A stretch of DNA of 64,000 nt from Leptospirillum sp. (lineage in GTDB: Bacteria; Nitrospirota; Leptospirillia; Leptospirillales; Leptospirillaceae), in contig DAHUYM010000005.1 in assembly GCA_027315205.1 (NCBI GenBank), forward strand, positions 7,638-71,637, written 5' to 3'. Positions 1 to 9,253 of this stretch are shown piece after piece. The first letter of the stretch is position 1. Each line of letters begins with the position of its first letter. The notes beneath the pieces were generated by a model that was not told the origin of the DNA, did no database searches, and worked only from the letters and a program-made list of their open reading frames with translations. A program made the translations under genes and the position numbers.

Positions 1-827
1 ATCAGGGCATGAAAAAGCGCCTCTCTTGGTCCGGCATATCGCATGGAACCGGGGAAAACGCCCAGAACGACCCTGTCTTTTGGGTAGTAGCGCGACAGGA
101 GAGCCTTGTAGCAATCCATCCGGACCGTGGCGGGGACGTCGTCTTCTTTCGTTTCTCCGACCAGGGGATGGATAAAGAGCCCGTCCACCAGTTCAAGGGC
201 ACACTTCTGGATATATTCGTGAGCCCGGTGTATGGGGTTACGGGTCTGGAACCCCACAACCGTGTTCCATCCTTTCTGGGAGAAAAACCGGCGGGACTCC
301 TCGGGCGTCAGTTGCTGGGGCCGGAACGGATCCGTTTCGAAGGACTCCAGGGCCCTTACCGTCCCCCCGACCGCGAAACTGGAAACCTTACGGAGGTAGT
401 GGACCCCGGGATGCGCTTCGTCCCGTGTGTGGTAGACACTGGAAGCTTCCTTTTCGATCTCGCGTTCGAAGAGACTGCTGACCCAGATCCCTCCCACCGT
501 TTCTCCCTTCGGACTTTTCAATGCGAGAAGATCGCCTTTCCGAACGGACCGGTAGAGCGGCTCAGGTATCGAAAGGACAACGGGCAAGGGAAACAGGAGA
601 CCGTTGGGTAGCCGCATCCTGTCGATGACGGAGTGATAGGTCTCTTCCTCCATGAAACCCGTCAGGGGGGAAAGCGCTCCCTGGGACAGGAGCACCATGT
701 CCGAGAGCTCCCTGGGGTCGAGCACCACCGCGGGCGCATTCGAAAGTTCTTTCAGAAACGAAGCTCTTTCATCGGACGGAATCACATTGGTGACGAGAAC
801 GCCGCCATGGGGCTGCGCAAGGGTCAT
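1..827 (-). CDS. sat: Sulfate adenylyltransferase (ATP sulfurylase), N-terminal ~275 aa; 3' end runs off the left edge
   Basis: Not in the supplied ORF track because it is edge-truncated. Manual minus-strand translation from ATG at 827-825 gives MTLAQPHGGVLVTNVIPSDERASFLKEL...NTVVGFQTRNPIHRAHEYIQKCALE...FIHPLVGETKEDDVPATVRMDCYKALL...RYAGPREALFHAL, with no stop down to position 3. QTRNPxHRAHE and HPLVGxTKxDD are ATP-sulfurylase blocks. A GGAG-type RBS lies a few nt upstream. Confidence 0.85.
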   Translation of the reverse strand, partial: MTLAQPHGGVLVTNVIPSDERASFLKELSNAPAVVLDPRELSDMVLLSQGALSPLTGFMEEETYHSVIDRMRLPNGLLFPLPVVLSIPEPLYRSVRKGDLLALKSPKGETVGGIWVSSLFEREIEKEASSVYHTRDEAHPGVHYLRKVSSFAVGGTVRALESFETDPFRPQQLTPEESRRFFSQKGWNTVVGFQTRNPIHRAHEYIQKCALELVDGLFIHPLVGETKEDDVPATVRMDCYKALLSRYYPKDRVVLGVFPGSMRYAGPREALFHAL

Positions 828-906
828 CGAACACTCCTCTAAAAGTTATTTGGGGTCAATCATCTGGTCCGGGCTCTTACGACTGGGTAAGCGTTCGCCT
901 TTCCGG

Positions 907-1248
907 TCACTCCTCCAGTTGTTCCTCCGGAACCCGGGTCGGGGCATCGAAGGTTTCGGTGCGTCCATCGGGTGTCGTCAAAGTCCACCGGACCGACTCC
1001 CTTTTCATTTTGGGAAAAAGATGCGCGTCTCCGGCGGCGATGGAATGCGGCAAAACGACCTCGACCGCCGAAACGGGACACATCTTCACGCAGGCGTAAC
1101 AATCCCAGCAGTCGGCCTGAACCCGCATGAACGCCTTTCGGTTGTCGGAACGGATGCCGATCAGATCCCCCGGACATGCGGTGACGCATCGGGCTTCGGG
1201 CAGTTTCAGGCAACCATGACAAGCGTTTTCGTCAATTCGGATACCCAA
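907..1248 (-). CDS. aprB: Adenylylsulfate (APS) reductase beta subunit-like 2x[4Fe-4S] ferredoxin
   Basis: 113 aa. Two Cys clusters (CHGC...CVTACP and CWDCYACVKMCP) are followed by an AprB-like tail (VRWTLTTPDGRTETF). The start overlaps the aprA stop by 17 nt. Confidence 0.8.
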   Translation of the reverse strand: MGIRIDENACHGCLKLPEARCVTACPGDLIGIRSDNRKAFMRVQADCWDCYACVKMCPVSAVEVVLPHSIAAGDAHLFPKMKRESVRWTLTTPDGRTETFDAPTRVPEEQLEE

Positions 1249-2965
1249 TGGTCACCTCCTCAGGATGGTTCGCGGTATCGGAAAAGGAATCGAGCGGACG
1301 GTAGACCATCCGGATCTCGCCCGTCTTCGGATCGACGACCGAGTTCACGAAAAGGCGCCACGCCTCTTTTGTCTGTGGGTGGTCGAGACGGGTCTGGAAA
1401 CCGGGCCATCGCGTTTCACGCCGGGTCCTCAGATGAGCGATGAGGACCCTGGCGACATCGATCCTGTCGACGACTTCGTGGAGATTCATCAGGCCGTGTT
1501 CGTCGGACGCGCCCAAAAGCTTCAGGTCCTTTCGCATCTCCTCGACCTTCGACTGGGCCGTCCTGAGCCCCGCATCGTTCATGGCGTACTGGGTCCGGAT
1601 CCCGCCCGCGTATTCATCCATGACCTTCTGGAGGCGTTCTTCCATGTCCTCGAACGACACTGGGCCCGGGTTTTCAATCGGCGAGAAAACGCGTCGGAAT
1701 TCTTCTGAAACGAGGGCTTCAGAAATCGGCGGGAGAGCATCCGGTTCGGACAGAATTTCCGACACTGCTGTCCTGGCGGCGATCTTCCCTTCAGCGAAAC
1801 ATCCCGATACGAATTTGTATGGGGCTCCTCCGGCCACGTCGCCGGCAGCGAACAGATTCGGTAGCGTCGACCTTCGATCGACATCCACCCAGTAACCCGC
1901 CTGACAATGCCCTCCGACGATATAGGGTTCGGTCCCGCAAATCTCGATCGGGGTCTCCCCCGGATCGATCCCGTTTGCCGCCCAATACAAGACCGTGTTC
2001 GGGTACATGTCGAGATAGGCTTCCTTGAGTTTTTTTACGCCCTCTTCGGACAGGTGCCGGGTATCCATGTAGCAGGGCCCCCTCCCTTCGGCGATTTCCT
2101 TCAAGGGAGCATAGAGTCGAATGGGGGTCGGGGCACCCTCCCCGCCCATGTGGGACCAGCGGATTTTCATGAACTCCTCTCCCAGGCTGTTGATCTGGGG
2201 GGCCCCAAAACCAAGCGCCAGAGTACCGGTCGGAGCGATCGTCTCTTTGGTCCTGAGTGCGATGAACCGATGTTCGAAGCTTGTCATCTCTGCCCCTGCG
2301 CGGATGCCGACGGCATATCCCGCCCCCGTGTTGAACGGGGAATACCACATCTTGTGCCGGGCGGCCCCTTCATTATTCGGCCGATAGAGGCCTGACGCCC
2401 CACCGGTCGCGACAATTGTCTTCCTCGCCCGGACGACATAGAAATTCCCGTCGCGGAGCCCGAAACCCATAGCACCCCGGACTTTCCCCCCGTCGACGAT
2501 CAGGTTCGTCACGACAACGCGGTTCAGGACGACCGTGCCGGATTCCCGAACCTTTCCGGCCAGGAGAGGTTTCAGGGATTCCCCGTGTATCTTGATATTC
2601 CAGCGACCTCGGGGAGCATATCGCCCGGATTCGTCCTTGACGATCGGAAGCCCCATCTGCTCGACATCGCGGATCACTTCTTCGAAGAGCTCGGCCTGGG
2701 AGCGAACCAGATCCTCGCGGAGGATACCCATCGAATCGAAGCGGACATAATCGACGAAGGAGTCGACCGTTTCCCCGGGATTGATATAGGCGTTGATCGC
2801 GTTCATGCCTCCCGCAAGGCATCCTGACCGGTCGATGTGAGCCTTTTCGATGATGAGTACTTTAAGCTCCGGAGCAAGTCTTCGGGCCGTAAGAGCGGCA
2901 TAGCACCCTGCCGTCCCTCCTCCGATGATCGCGATATCCGTTTCAAAGACCCGGGTTTCCCTCAT
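1232..2965 (-). CDS. aprA: Adenylylsulfate (APS) reductase alpha subunit-like FAD flavoprotein
   Basis: Listed ORF 1232..3142 trimmed to the ATG at 2965, which has a GGAGGGGG RBS upstream. MRETRVFETDIAIIGGGTAGCYAA is a FAD Rossmann motif. RSGCLAGGMNAINAY and the long flavoprotein body match AprA within the SdhA superfamily. Adjacency to aprB and sat supports the call. Confidence 0.85.
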   Translation of the reverse strand: MRETRVFETDIAIIGGGTAGCYAALTARRLAPELKVLIIEKAHIDRSGCLAGGMNAINAYINPGETVDSFVDYVRFDSMGILREDLVRSQAELFEEVIRDVEQMGLPIVKDESGRYAPRGRWNIKIHGESLKPLLAGKVRESGTVVLNRVVVTNLIVDGGKVRGAMGFGLRDGNFYVVRARKTIVATGGASGLYRPNNEGAARHKMWYSPFNTGAGYAVGIRAGAEMTSFEHRFIALRTKETIAPTGTLALGFGAPQINSLGEEFMKIRWSHMGGEGAPTPIRLYAPLKEIAEGRGPCYMDTRHLSEEGVKKLKEAYLDMYPNTVLYWAANGIDPGETPIEICGTEPYIVGGHCQAGYWVDVDRRSTLPNLFAAGDVAGGAPYKFVSGCFAEGKIAARTAVSEILSEPDALPPISEALVSEEFRRVFSPIENPGPVSFEDMEERLQKVMDEYAGGIRTQYAMNDAGLRTAQSKVEEMRKDLKLLGASDEHGLMNLHEVVDRIDVARVLIAHLRTRRETRWPGFQTRLDHPQTKEAWRLFVNSVVDPKTGEIRMVYRPLDSFSDTANHPEEVTIGYPN

Positions 2966-3140
2966 GCCCCCTCCGTAATACAATTTAGTTAGTAAACAAT
3001 TAACCTTATATCGGAAAATAACGGTCATGTCAAGAGAACTAAAGAGAAGAACGCTGAAATATAGAGGTTTCTCATTAGGTGTCCGGGGGAAGTTGCGATG
3101 GCAAAGGGATCGGGACGGCAGAGCAGGAGCGTGCGAAGGC

Positions 3141-3175
3141 AAAAAAAACCCGGCCTCAAGAGACCGGGTTTTTCT
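3141..3175. terminator. Bidirectional intrinsic terminator candidate (A8 - 6-bp GC stem ACCCGG/CCGGGT - T5)
   Basis: Sequence aaaaaaaacccggcctcaagagaccgggttttt reads as stem plus U-tract on both strands. It sits between the small minus-strand ORF and the AT-rich aprA upstream region. Confidence 0.6.
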
Positions 3176-3208
3176 AACCTGTTTTACGAAATACTTGAGG
3201 GAAACGGA

Positions 3209-3325
3209 TTATTTCTGGGAAGACGTCGAAATCCCCCAAGCAAAGAGGGCCGCAACCACAACCAAGAAAATCATCCACGAAACGAACGACGGATCAGTCC
3301 CTACCGAATGAGCCATGTTGACCAT
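3209..3325 (-). CDS. Small (38 aa) single-TM hypothetical protein
   Basis: Inner part of listed ORF 3209..3400: MVNMAHSVGTDPSFVSWMIFLVVVAALFAWGISTSSQK. A GAGAAGGGG RBS-like motif lies ~8 nt upstream. It is followed by the 3141-3175 terminator. No family recognised. Confidence 0.35.
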   Translation of the reverse strand: MVNMAHSVGTDPSFVSWMIFLVVVAALFAWGISTSSQK

Positions 3326-3536
3326 GTGTAAAACCCCTTCTCGTTGGGGGCCGGTTGCCGGAGCCCCGGGCGGTCGGCTGCAAAAAAATACAGAAGACAA
3401 GTAGAAAAGAGAGCATAAACGGACACCTCAATATAGGCTCCACAGAGGTTTATTGTCAAGATGACGGGATTGATCGATAATGAATAAAGGTCATGTGCCA
3501 TGACCATCCCGTCACCGGAAAGGACGCTTCCATCCC

Positions 3537-4901
3537 ATGGTTCCCGTATGGGTCGACATTCTGGCCATTTTTTTCCTGATCCTGCTGAACGCCGTTCTGG
3601 CCGCCGCGGAACTATCCGTCATCTCGATCCGCATGTCCCGGGTTCATCAGATGGCGACGGACGGGACGCCCGACACGCGTGCGCTCGCAAGGCTCCGGAA
3701 GGAACCTGAACGATTCGTTGCCACGGTCCAAGTCCTGATGACCTTCATCACCTCCCTCGCGTCGGCATTGACCGGAACGGTCACCTACGAAGTCCTGAAA
3801 CCGCTCCTGATGACCCAGCCCCTGTTCGAGCGCTTCCACTTCTTATTGCCCCTCACCGTCAGCGGTATCATCCTGTTCCAGGTCTACTTCATGCTTGTCC
3901 TGGGAGAAATCGCACCCAAAACCCTTGCGATACGCAACAATGAACGGATCGCGCTTCTCCTTTCCCGACCCGTCCTGTTCCTCGCGGAAATCCTGTCCCC
4001 GCTCGTCCAAATCGTCACGTCGACCAGCCACGGTCTGCTGTGGGCCCTGGGTTTCAAAACCGGACGAACGGCCTACCCGATCAGCCCCGAAGAGCTGGAA
4101 CTACTCCTCAAGGAGGGGACGGAACACGGGGTCATCAACCGCACGGAACAGGACCTGATCCAGAGTGTTTTCAAGTTCACCGACATCTCCGTCCGGGAGG
4201 TCATGGTCCCCCGGGTGAAGATGGTGACCATGGACGATGCGATGGATCCCGGAGAGGCGGTCCGCTTCATGGCTGTCCACCGGTTTTCGCGCTATCCAAT
4301 CGTGAAGGCGGGTACGGAGGAGGTCATCGGCATCCTCTACTACAAAGACCTTTTCGAAAGATATTCCCAGGACAACAGAATCCTTCTGTCCGATCTGGTT
4401 CATGCGCCATTCTTCATTCCGGAATCGGTAAAGCTTTCACACACCTTAAAGGAGATGCAGAAGCGAAGGACCCAGATGGCCCTGGTCCTCTCCGAATACG
4501 GGACGCTGGAAGGGTTGGTCACGATGGAAGACCTTCTTGAGGAACTCGTAGGCGAGATCGAAGACGAAAGCGACGACATCCAAAAACCCGTCGAGCGTCT
4601 CCGGGACGGTTCGTTCCTGATTGACGCATCCCAATCGGTCCGGGACCTACGGGACGATTACGGACTGGAAATTCCGGAAGGAGAAGACTACGAGACACTC
4701 GCAGGATACGTATTGACTCAGCTCAAGACGATCCCGCGCGGCGGCGAGTTCTTCTATGCGAACAACATGAAGATCTCGATCGTCGATATGGACAGCCACC
4801 GTGTCTCGCGTGTCAAGATCGAACCGGTCCGGGAAGGGGGCATCCCCACGACCCCATCTCGCACCCTAAACACCGTAACCGAGGCGGTCCGGGAACCGTG
4901 A
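3537..4901 (+). CDS. CNNM/TlyC/CorC-family transporter-associated protein (DUF21 TM region + CBS pair + CorC_HlyC domain)
   Basis: 454 aa. N-terminal multi-TM region ([23 protein letters not shown]), a central CBS-pair-like region, and a C-terminal ...[12 protein letters not shown]...ETLAGYVL...IPRGGE typical of the CorC/HlyC transporter-associated domain. Confidence 0.85.
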   Translation: MVPVWVDILAIFFLILLNAVLAAAELSVISIRMSRVHQMATDGTPDTRALARLRKEPERFVATVQVLMTFITSLASALTGTVTYEVLKPLLMTQPLFERFHFLLPLTVSGIILFQVYFMLVLGEIAPKTLAIRNNERIALLLSRPVLFLAEILSPLVQIVTSTSHGLLWALGFKTGRTAYPISPEELELLLKEGTEHGVINRTEQDLIQSVFKFTDISVREVMVPRVKMVTMDDAMDPGEAVRFMAVHRFSRYPIVKAGTEEVIGILYYKDLFERYSQDNRILLSDLVHAPFFIPESVKLSHTLKEMQKRRTQMALVLSEYGTLEGLVTMEDLLEELVGEIEDESDDIQKPVERLRDGSFLIDASQSVRDLRDDYGLEIPEGEDYETLAGYVLTQLKTIPRGGEFFYANNMKISIVDMDSHRVSRVKIEPVREGGIPTTPSRTLNTVTEAVREP

Positions 4902-5491
4902 TCCAGAGCATCCTCGACGTCCTCCTCGCACCCATCAGGCGACTCAAGCCCCGCGAATGGCTCATCATCCTGACGGGGCTGCTCATAGGACTCATCATAT
5001 CTGCCATGTTCAAAACCATGGTGATGCGGGAAAAGCCGGCGCACTCCGAGCGTCCCTCAGGTCCCCTGTCGACCGTCGATTCCCCCGGTTCGTTTTCCAA
5101 GGTTCCACGCTTTGTCTATCGTGACCCCTATCTCGACCTTTCCGCGCTTTCCATGCGCACTATCAAGGACCAGACCCACCTTGAGATCCGGATTTCATTC
5201 CACCTTCCGCCGGGCACTCCCAGCCTCGAAATCGGTTCCTACGAACCTCCCAATTTCGTGGACACCGACGGACAGATGGTGCTCGGAACCTTCAACCCGC
5301 CGCCGAATCGGCCGTTCAAAAACGGAGAGACCCTGCAGGCTATCATCACGTTCCAGGGAAGTCCCCGACGTCTCCCGGTCACCGTCACCCTTTTCCTGGG
5401 AGAACGCTACGGGGGTCGGTTCCATATGAAACCCGTCGTCCTGACGGGCCTGTCTCCCGACCCGGAATCACCCGCTCCCCCACTCCACTGA
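4898..5491 (+). CDS. Hypothetical membrane-anchored protein
   Basis: 197 aa. GTGA start/stop overlap with the upstream CNNM gene. One N-terminal TM helix (WLIILTGLLIGLIISAMF), then a Pro-rich soluble domain. No family recognised. Confidence 0.55.
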   Translation: MIQSILDVLLAPIRRLKPREWLIILTGLLIGLIISAMFKTMVMREKPAHSERPSGPLSTVDSPGSFSKVPRFVYRDPYLDLSALSMRTIKDQTHLEIRISFHLPPGTPSLEIGSYEPPNFVDTDGQMVLGTFNPPPNRPFKNGETLQAIITFQGSPRRLPVTVTLFLGERYGGRFHMKPVVLTGLSPDPESPAPPLH

Positions 5492-5520
5492 CCCAAGCCA
5501 AGAGACGCTAAGGAGAAGCC

Positions 5521-6582
5521 TTGACCGATATGTCCCAACCCTACTCCCCCGATGAAGACCCCCAGACATTTCTCGATCCCGAAGCGGCACATCGGAATGA
5601 ACAGTTTTCCATGACCGTCATGAGTCTCTCGATCGCCATGGTTTTAGGCATGATCTTCGGGATGGCGGGACTGACCAGCGCGTTCATCGCCGATCAGGTG
5701 AAAGGACTTGCGCTCATGGGGTGGGGAATGCTCCTTTTCGCGGGGGCCACTATACTCCATCTCATCGCCCATCGGGTTTGGCTGGGAGGGTACCAGGAAG
5801 GCCGGGCCACCCGGAATGCCTACCTTCTCGCGTTTGCCCTCCTTGCCGTCATCCTGTATCTGTATGCCCTCCTGTCAAAGACCGTCTTCGTCTTCGTCGG
5901 TTTTATCGGAGGAAACGTTTTCTTTCCCCTCTTCGGAAGCTACGTGCTTTCCCTCGAACGGGTTCCGCCGGCCCCGCGTCGAAATGCCTTCAACATAACC
6001 CCGTTCAGCCGGATCAGCCTTGCCGCGATTCTCCTGGCCGGCATCATCGCCGGCATGGGGATCGGAATGTCTTCGTCCGGAAGCCAGTCGATCGGCAGGG
6101 GTCTCTTTGCCCGCCGGGTGGTCTCCGATAAAATTGATCAATCGCGCCTGTCCATCCACATGGTGGTCTTCCAGTTCATCAAACCCTACCGGATCATCGA
6201 ATCCCTCGAAAACGCCCGTAGACGAGGAGTCAGGATCCAACTCCTCGTCCGGCCCGAAACGATCTCGGAAAACCGGGTCGACATCGACTCCCTGCTGAAA
6301 GCCGGAATTCCCGTCCGGGTCCTTCCCCCTGACACTCCAAAATGGCTCCGGCCTTATACAATCCTCGACGGGCGCATCCTTCTCCAGGGATCCAAGGGCT
6401 GGTCCGCCCTGCCCGTACCGTTTCAAAAAGAACTCTCTGTCCAGGCCAGCCTGCTTCTGTTCGACAGAATACGCAGGATGGACTCCAACTTCCTGGTTCT
6501 ATGGGACCATTCGAAACCCATTAATGTGAATGCGATCCCGCCCCCGGATGTCGTGCCAAACACCCCTCCTTCTTCCTCATGA
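5521..6582 (+). CDS. Multi-TM protein with C-terminal PLD/Nuc-like domain lacking the HKD catalytic residues
   Basis: 353 aa. AAGGAG at 5510-5515 precedes TTG 5521 (alternative ATG at 5530). About 5-6 TM helices are followed by SIHMVVFQFIKPYRIIESLENARRRGVRIQLLV...GIPVRVL...WLRPYTILDGRILLQGSKGWSA. This aligns by eye to the Nuc-type PLD fold, but H-x-K is replaced by R-P-Y. Confidence 0.65.
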   Translation: MTDMSQPYSPDEDPQTFLDPEAAHRNEQFSMTVMSLSIAMVLGMIFGMAGLTSAFIADQVKGLALMGWGMLLFAGATILHLIAHRVWLGGYQEGRATRNAYLLAFALLAVILYLYALLSKTVFVFVGFIGGNVFFPLFGSYVLSLERVPPAPRRNAFNITPFSRISLAAILLAGIIAGMGIGMSSSGSQSIGRGLFARRVVSDKIDQSRLSIHMVVFQFIKPYRIIESLENARRRGVRIQLLVRPETISENRVDIDSLLKAGIPVRVLPPDTPKWLRPYTILDGRILLQGSKGWSALPVPFQKELSVQASLLLFDRIRRMDSNFLVLWDHSKPINVNAIPPPDVVPNTPPSSS

Positions 6583-6628
6583 TTCCCGGAACATCCCCTT
6601 CCGGCCTTGAACCCCATCGGGAAAGCAT

Positions 6629-6657
6629 TTGACGGACCGGTCGGGAGATGCTAGTCT
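6629..6657 (+). promoter_or_regulatory. Candidate sigma70-type promoter of the isc operon (TTGACG - 17 nt - TAGTCT)
   Basis: TTGACG at 6629-6634, a 17-nt spacer, then TAGTCT at 6652-6657, about 45 nt upstream of the iscR start. Confidence 0.35.
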
Positions 6658-6658
6658 G

Positions 6659-6683
6659 ATAACAGACCAAAATGGTCTGCGAT
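6659..6683. promoter_or_regulatory. Candidate IscR auto-regulatory box (palindromic AGACC-AAAAT-GGTCT core)
   Basis: ATAACAGACCAAAATGGTCTGCGAT lies immediately downstream of the putative -10. By my manual count, 19 of 25 positions fit the E. coli type-1 IscR consensus as I recall it (ATASYYGACTRWWWYAGTCRRSTAT). Confidence 0.4.
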
Positions 6684-6703
6684 TACTTTAGTCGGAGAGG
6701 CCC

Positions 6704-7174
6704 GTGCTCAAACTGACCAAAAAAGTGGACTATGCACTCCTCGCGATGCATTTCATGGGGCATCAGGATATGGATCAGGTGAGCACGATCCGGGATATTT
6801 CCGAAAACTACCAGATTCCCATGGAGATTTTGGCCAAAGTCCTGCAAAAGCTTTCGAAAAAGGGGCTTCTACAGAGCCACCACGCTCCCAAGGGCGGATA
6901 TACACTGAAAAGACCGATCCGGGAAATCTCGATCCTCGAGGTCATCAACGCCGTCGAAGGCCCGATCGGTATCCTGAGCTGCTCCGAAGGCCAGGACAAA
7001 GTCTGCCAGCAAATTGAAAACTGCGATATACGTTCTCCTCTGGAGCGCATCCAGGGGAAAATTTTATGGCTACTTGAGAACATGTCGTTAGAAGAACTCT
7101 CTCAGGCGGTCCCCACAACGGGAGGAGTGATCCATGGATCGTTCGATTTACTTGGACAACCACGCTACCACTAG
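6704..7174 (+). CDS. iscR: Rrf2-family Fe-S cluster regulator IscR
   Basis: [18 protein letters not shown]...[37 protein letters not shown] is a Rrf2 wHTH. A three-Cys cluster region follows ([15 protein letters not shown]). It is the first gene of the isc operon. Confidence 0.85.
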   Translation: MLKLTKKVDYALLAMHFMGHQDMDQVSTIRDISENYQIPMEILAKVLQKLSKKGLLQSHHAPKGGYTLKRPIREISILEVINAVEGPIGILSCSEGQDKVCQQIENCDIRSPLERIQGKILWLLENMSLEELSQAVPTTGGVIHGSFDLLGQPRYH

Positions 7175-8348
7175 GCTCGATCCCCGCGTCCTCGACGCGA
7201 TGATCCCTTATTTCACCGAAGATTACGGGAACGCGCATTCCCGAAATCACACTTTCGGCTGGAAGGCAGAGGAAGCGGTGGACAAGGCCCGGTCCGAAGT
7301 GGCTTCCCTCATAAAGGCGGACCCCAAGGAGATCGTCTTTACCTCCGGAGTGACCGAATCGGACAACCTCGCCATCAAGGGCATCGCCGAAATGTATCGG
7401 GAGAAAGGCAACCACCTGATCGCCCTTGAAACGGATATCCGCTCGATCCTCGACCCTCTTCACTCTCTCGAGAGAGATGGGTTCACGGTGACGATCCTTC
7501 CAGTCGACAGCAAAGGTCGGGTCGACCCCGAAAAGCTGAAGGAAGCGATCCGGCCCGAGACGATCCTGGTATCGATGATGGCGGCAAACAACGAGATCGG
7601 AACGATCGAGCCCCTCGAGGAAATCGGAAAGATCACCCGGGAAAAGGGCGTTCTCTTCCATGTCAATGCGGCCTATGCCGCAGCGGCGGTCCCGATCGAC
7701 GTCAACCGGATGAACATCGATCTCCTGAGCCTGAACGCACATCTCATTTATGGACCCAAGGGCGTGGGAGCCCTCTATGTGCGCCGGAAGAACCCAAGGG
7801 TTCGCCTGACTGCGCAAATCGACGGCGGAGGGCACGAGCGCGGGTTACGGTCGGGCACCCTGAACACGCCCGGCATCGTAGGCATGGGCATGGCCTGCCG
7901 CCTGCTGGCCGAACACTGGGACGCGGAGATCGCCCATCTCCGGACCCTTCGGGACAAACTCGAAAACGGGATCCTCGAAGAGCTCGATTACGTGACGATC
8001 AACGGGGACGCCGACCACCGTTCCCCCGCGGTTTCCAATCTCTCCTTCGCGTTTGTCGAAGGAGAAGCCCTCCTGATGGGGCTCAAGGAAATCGCCCTGT
8101 CGTCCGGATCCGCGTGCACATCCTCGACACTCGAGCCGTCTTACGTGCTTCGGGCGCTGGGGGTCGGCACGGACCTGGCCCACTCCTCGATCCGTTTTTC
8201 CGTGGGCCGATTCAATACTGAAGAAGAAATCTCGTACACCGTCCGTCGCGTCAAGGAAGCGGTCTCGCGACTTCGGGATATGTCGCCGCTCTATGAAATG
8301 GCGAAAGAGGGAGTCGATCTGAAATCGGTCCAGTGGAACAGCCACTGA
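7134..8348 (+). CDS. iscS: Cysteine desulfurase IscS
   Basis: 404 aa. IYLDNHATT..., PLP-enzyme body, the active-site loop SSGSACTS, and the C-terminal ...SVQW. Confidence 0.95.
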   Translation: MDRSIYLDNHATTRLDPRVLDAMIPYFTEDYGNAHSRNHTFGWKAEEAVDKARSEVASLIKADPKEIVFTSGVTESDNLAIKGIAEMYREKGNHLIALETDIRSILDPLHSLERDGFTVTILPVDSKGRVDPEKLKEAIRPETILVSMMAANNEIGTIEPLEEIGKITREKGVLFHVNAAYAAAAVPIDVNRMNIDLLSLNAHLIYGPKGVGALYVRRKNPRVRLTAQIDGGGHERGLRSGTLNTPGIVGMGMACRLLAEHWDAEIAHLRTLRDKLENGILEELDYVTINGDADHRSPAVSNLSFAFVEGEALLMGLKEIALSSGSACTSSTLEPSYVLRALGVGTDLAHSSIRFSVGRFNTEEEISYTVRRVKEAVSRLRDMSPLYEMAKEGVDLKSVQWNSH

Positions 8349-8420
8349 TATCATAAAAAGCGACGCAGGTTTCGGAGCGACACCACAGCCGGAACCGCGA
8401 ATCAACGGAGGTTAAGGAAC

Positions 8421-8816
8421 ATGGCTTACAGCGATAAGGTGATCGACCATTACAACAATCCCCGGAACATGGGATCGTTTGAAAAAACAGAAGAAAATGT
8501 TGGAACCGGCATCGTGGGCGCCCCGGAATGCGGCGACGTCATGAAACTCCAGCTCAAGATCAACGATAGCGGCGTCATCGAGGAAGCCCGTTTCAAGACA
8601 TTCGGTTGCGGAAGCGCCATCGCCTCCAGCTCCCTGGCCACGGAATGGGTCAAGGGCAAGACGATCGACGAAGCCCTCCAGATCAAGAACACGGATATCG
8701 TCTCAGAGCTGAACCTGCCTCCGGTCAAGATTCATTGTTCCGTTCTCGCCGAGGATGCCATCAAGAGCGCGATCAACGACTACAAGACAAAGAAGACCCA
8801 GAAGGCCGAAGCATAA
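8421..8816 (+). CDS. iscU: Fe-S scaffold IscU
   Basis: MAYSDKVIDHYNNPRN.G..., GAPECGDVMKL, FKTFGCGSAIASSS and LPPVKIHCSVLAEDAI are canonical IscU motifs. Confidence 0.95.
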   Translation: MAYSDKVIDHYNNPRNMGSFEKTEENVGTGIVGAPECGDVMKLQLKINDSGVIEEARFKTFGCGSAIASSSLATEWVKGKTIDEALQIKNTDIVSELNLPPVKIHCSVLAEDAIKSAINDYKTKKTQKAEA

Positions 8817-8826
8817 GGAGGTTTCG

Positions 8827-9156
8827 ATGATCAATGTCACGGATGCCGCTGCCAGTGAAGTCCTGCGCCTTTCGAGGATCCAGAAGAAGGAAGGCAAGTT
8901 TCTACGCCTCGGAATCGAGGGCGGAGGCTGTTCCGGGCTTTCCTATCTGATCCGCTTCGACGACGAACCCGCCGAGTTCGACCAGGTTCTTGACGGACCG
9001 AACGGGATCCGGATCCTGATCGATCCCAAATCCCTCGTCTACCTGGACGGTTCCGTCCTGGATTTCCAGGGTGGCGGGGTCATGGGCGGTGGGTTCAAAT
9101 TCCAGAACCCGAATGCAACCCACAGCTGCGGCTGCGGAACCTCCTTCGCCGTCTGA
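8827..9156 (+). CDS. iscA: A-type Fe-S carrier IscA
   Basis: Trimmed to ATG 8827 inside ORF 8755..9156. ...GGGCSGLSY... and the C-terminal CGCGTSF are HesB/IscA signatures. Confidence 0.9.
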   Translation: MINVTDAAASEVLRLSRIQKKEGKFLRLGIEGGGCSGLSYLIRFDDEPAEFDQVLDGPNGIRILIDPKSLVYLDGSVLDFQGGGVMGGGFKFQNPNATHSCGCGTSFAV

Positions 9157-9253
9157 CGCATAACCCGTGACGGATCCGCATGCGCGGGGTTTGCTTCCTG
9201 CGCTCAGAGGATTCGTCGCACTGCGTCATGTAAAGACGTGAGGAGACCCAATC

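Noticed and set aside
9-611. 200-aa plus-strand ORF at the left edge.
   Set aside because: It is the antisense, same-register shadow of the ATP sulfurylase gene, which I translated manually on the minus strand. The protein has no recognisable features.
3141-3325. The idea that the 38-aa ORF plus terminator is a leader-peptide attenuator for the apr/sat operon.
   Set aside because: The peptide has no run of regulatory codons (Cys or Met). No alternative antiterminator pairing is evident. The terminator lies ~175 nt upstream of the aprA start, with an AT-rich promoter-like region in between.
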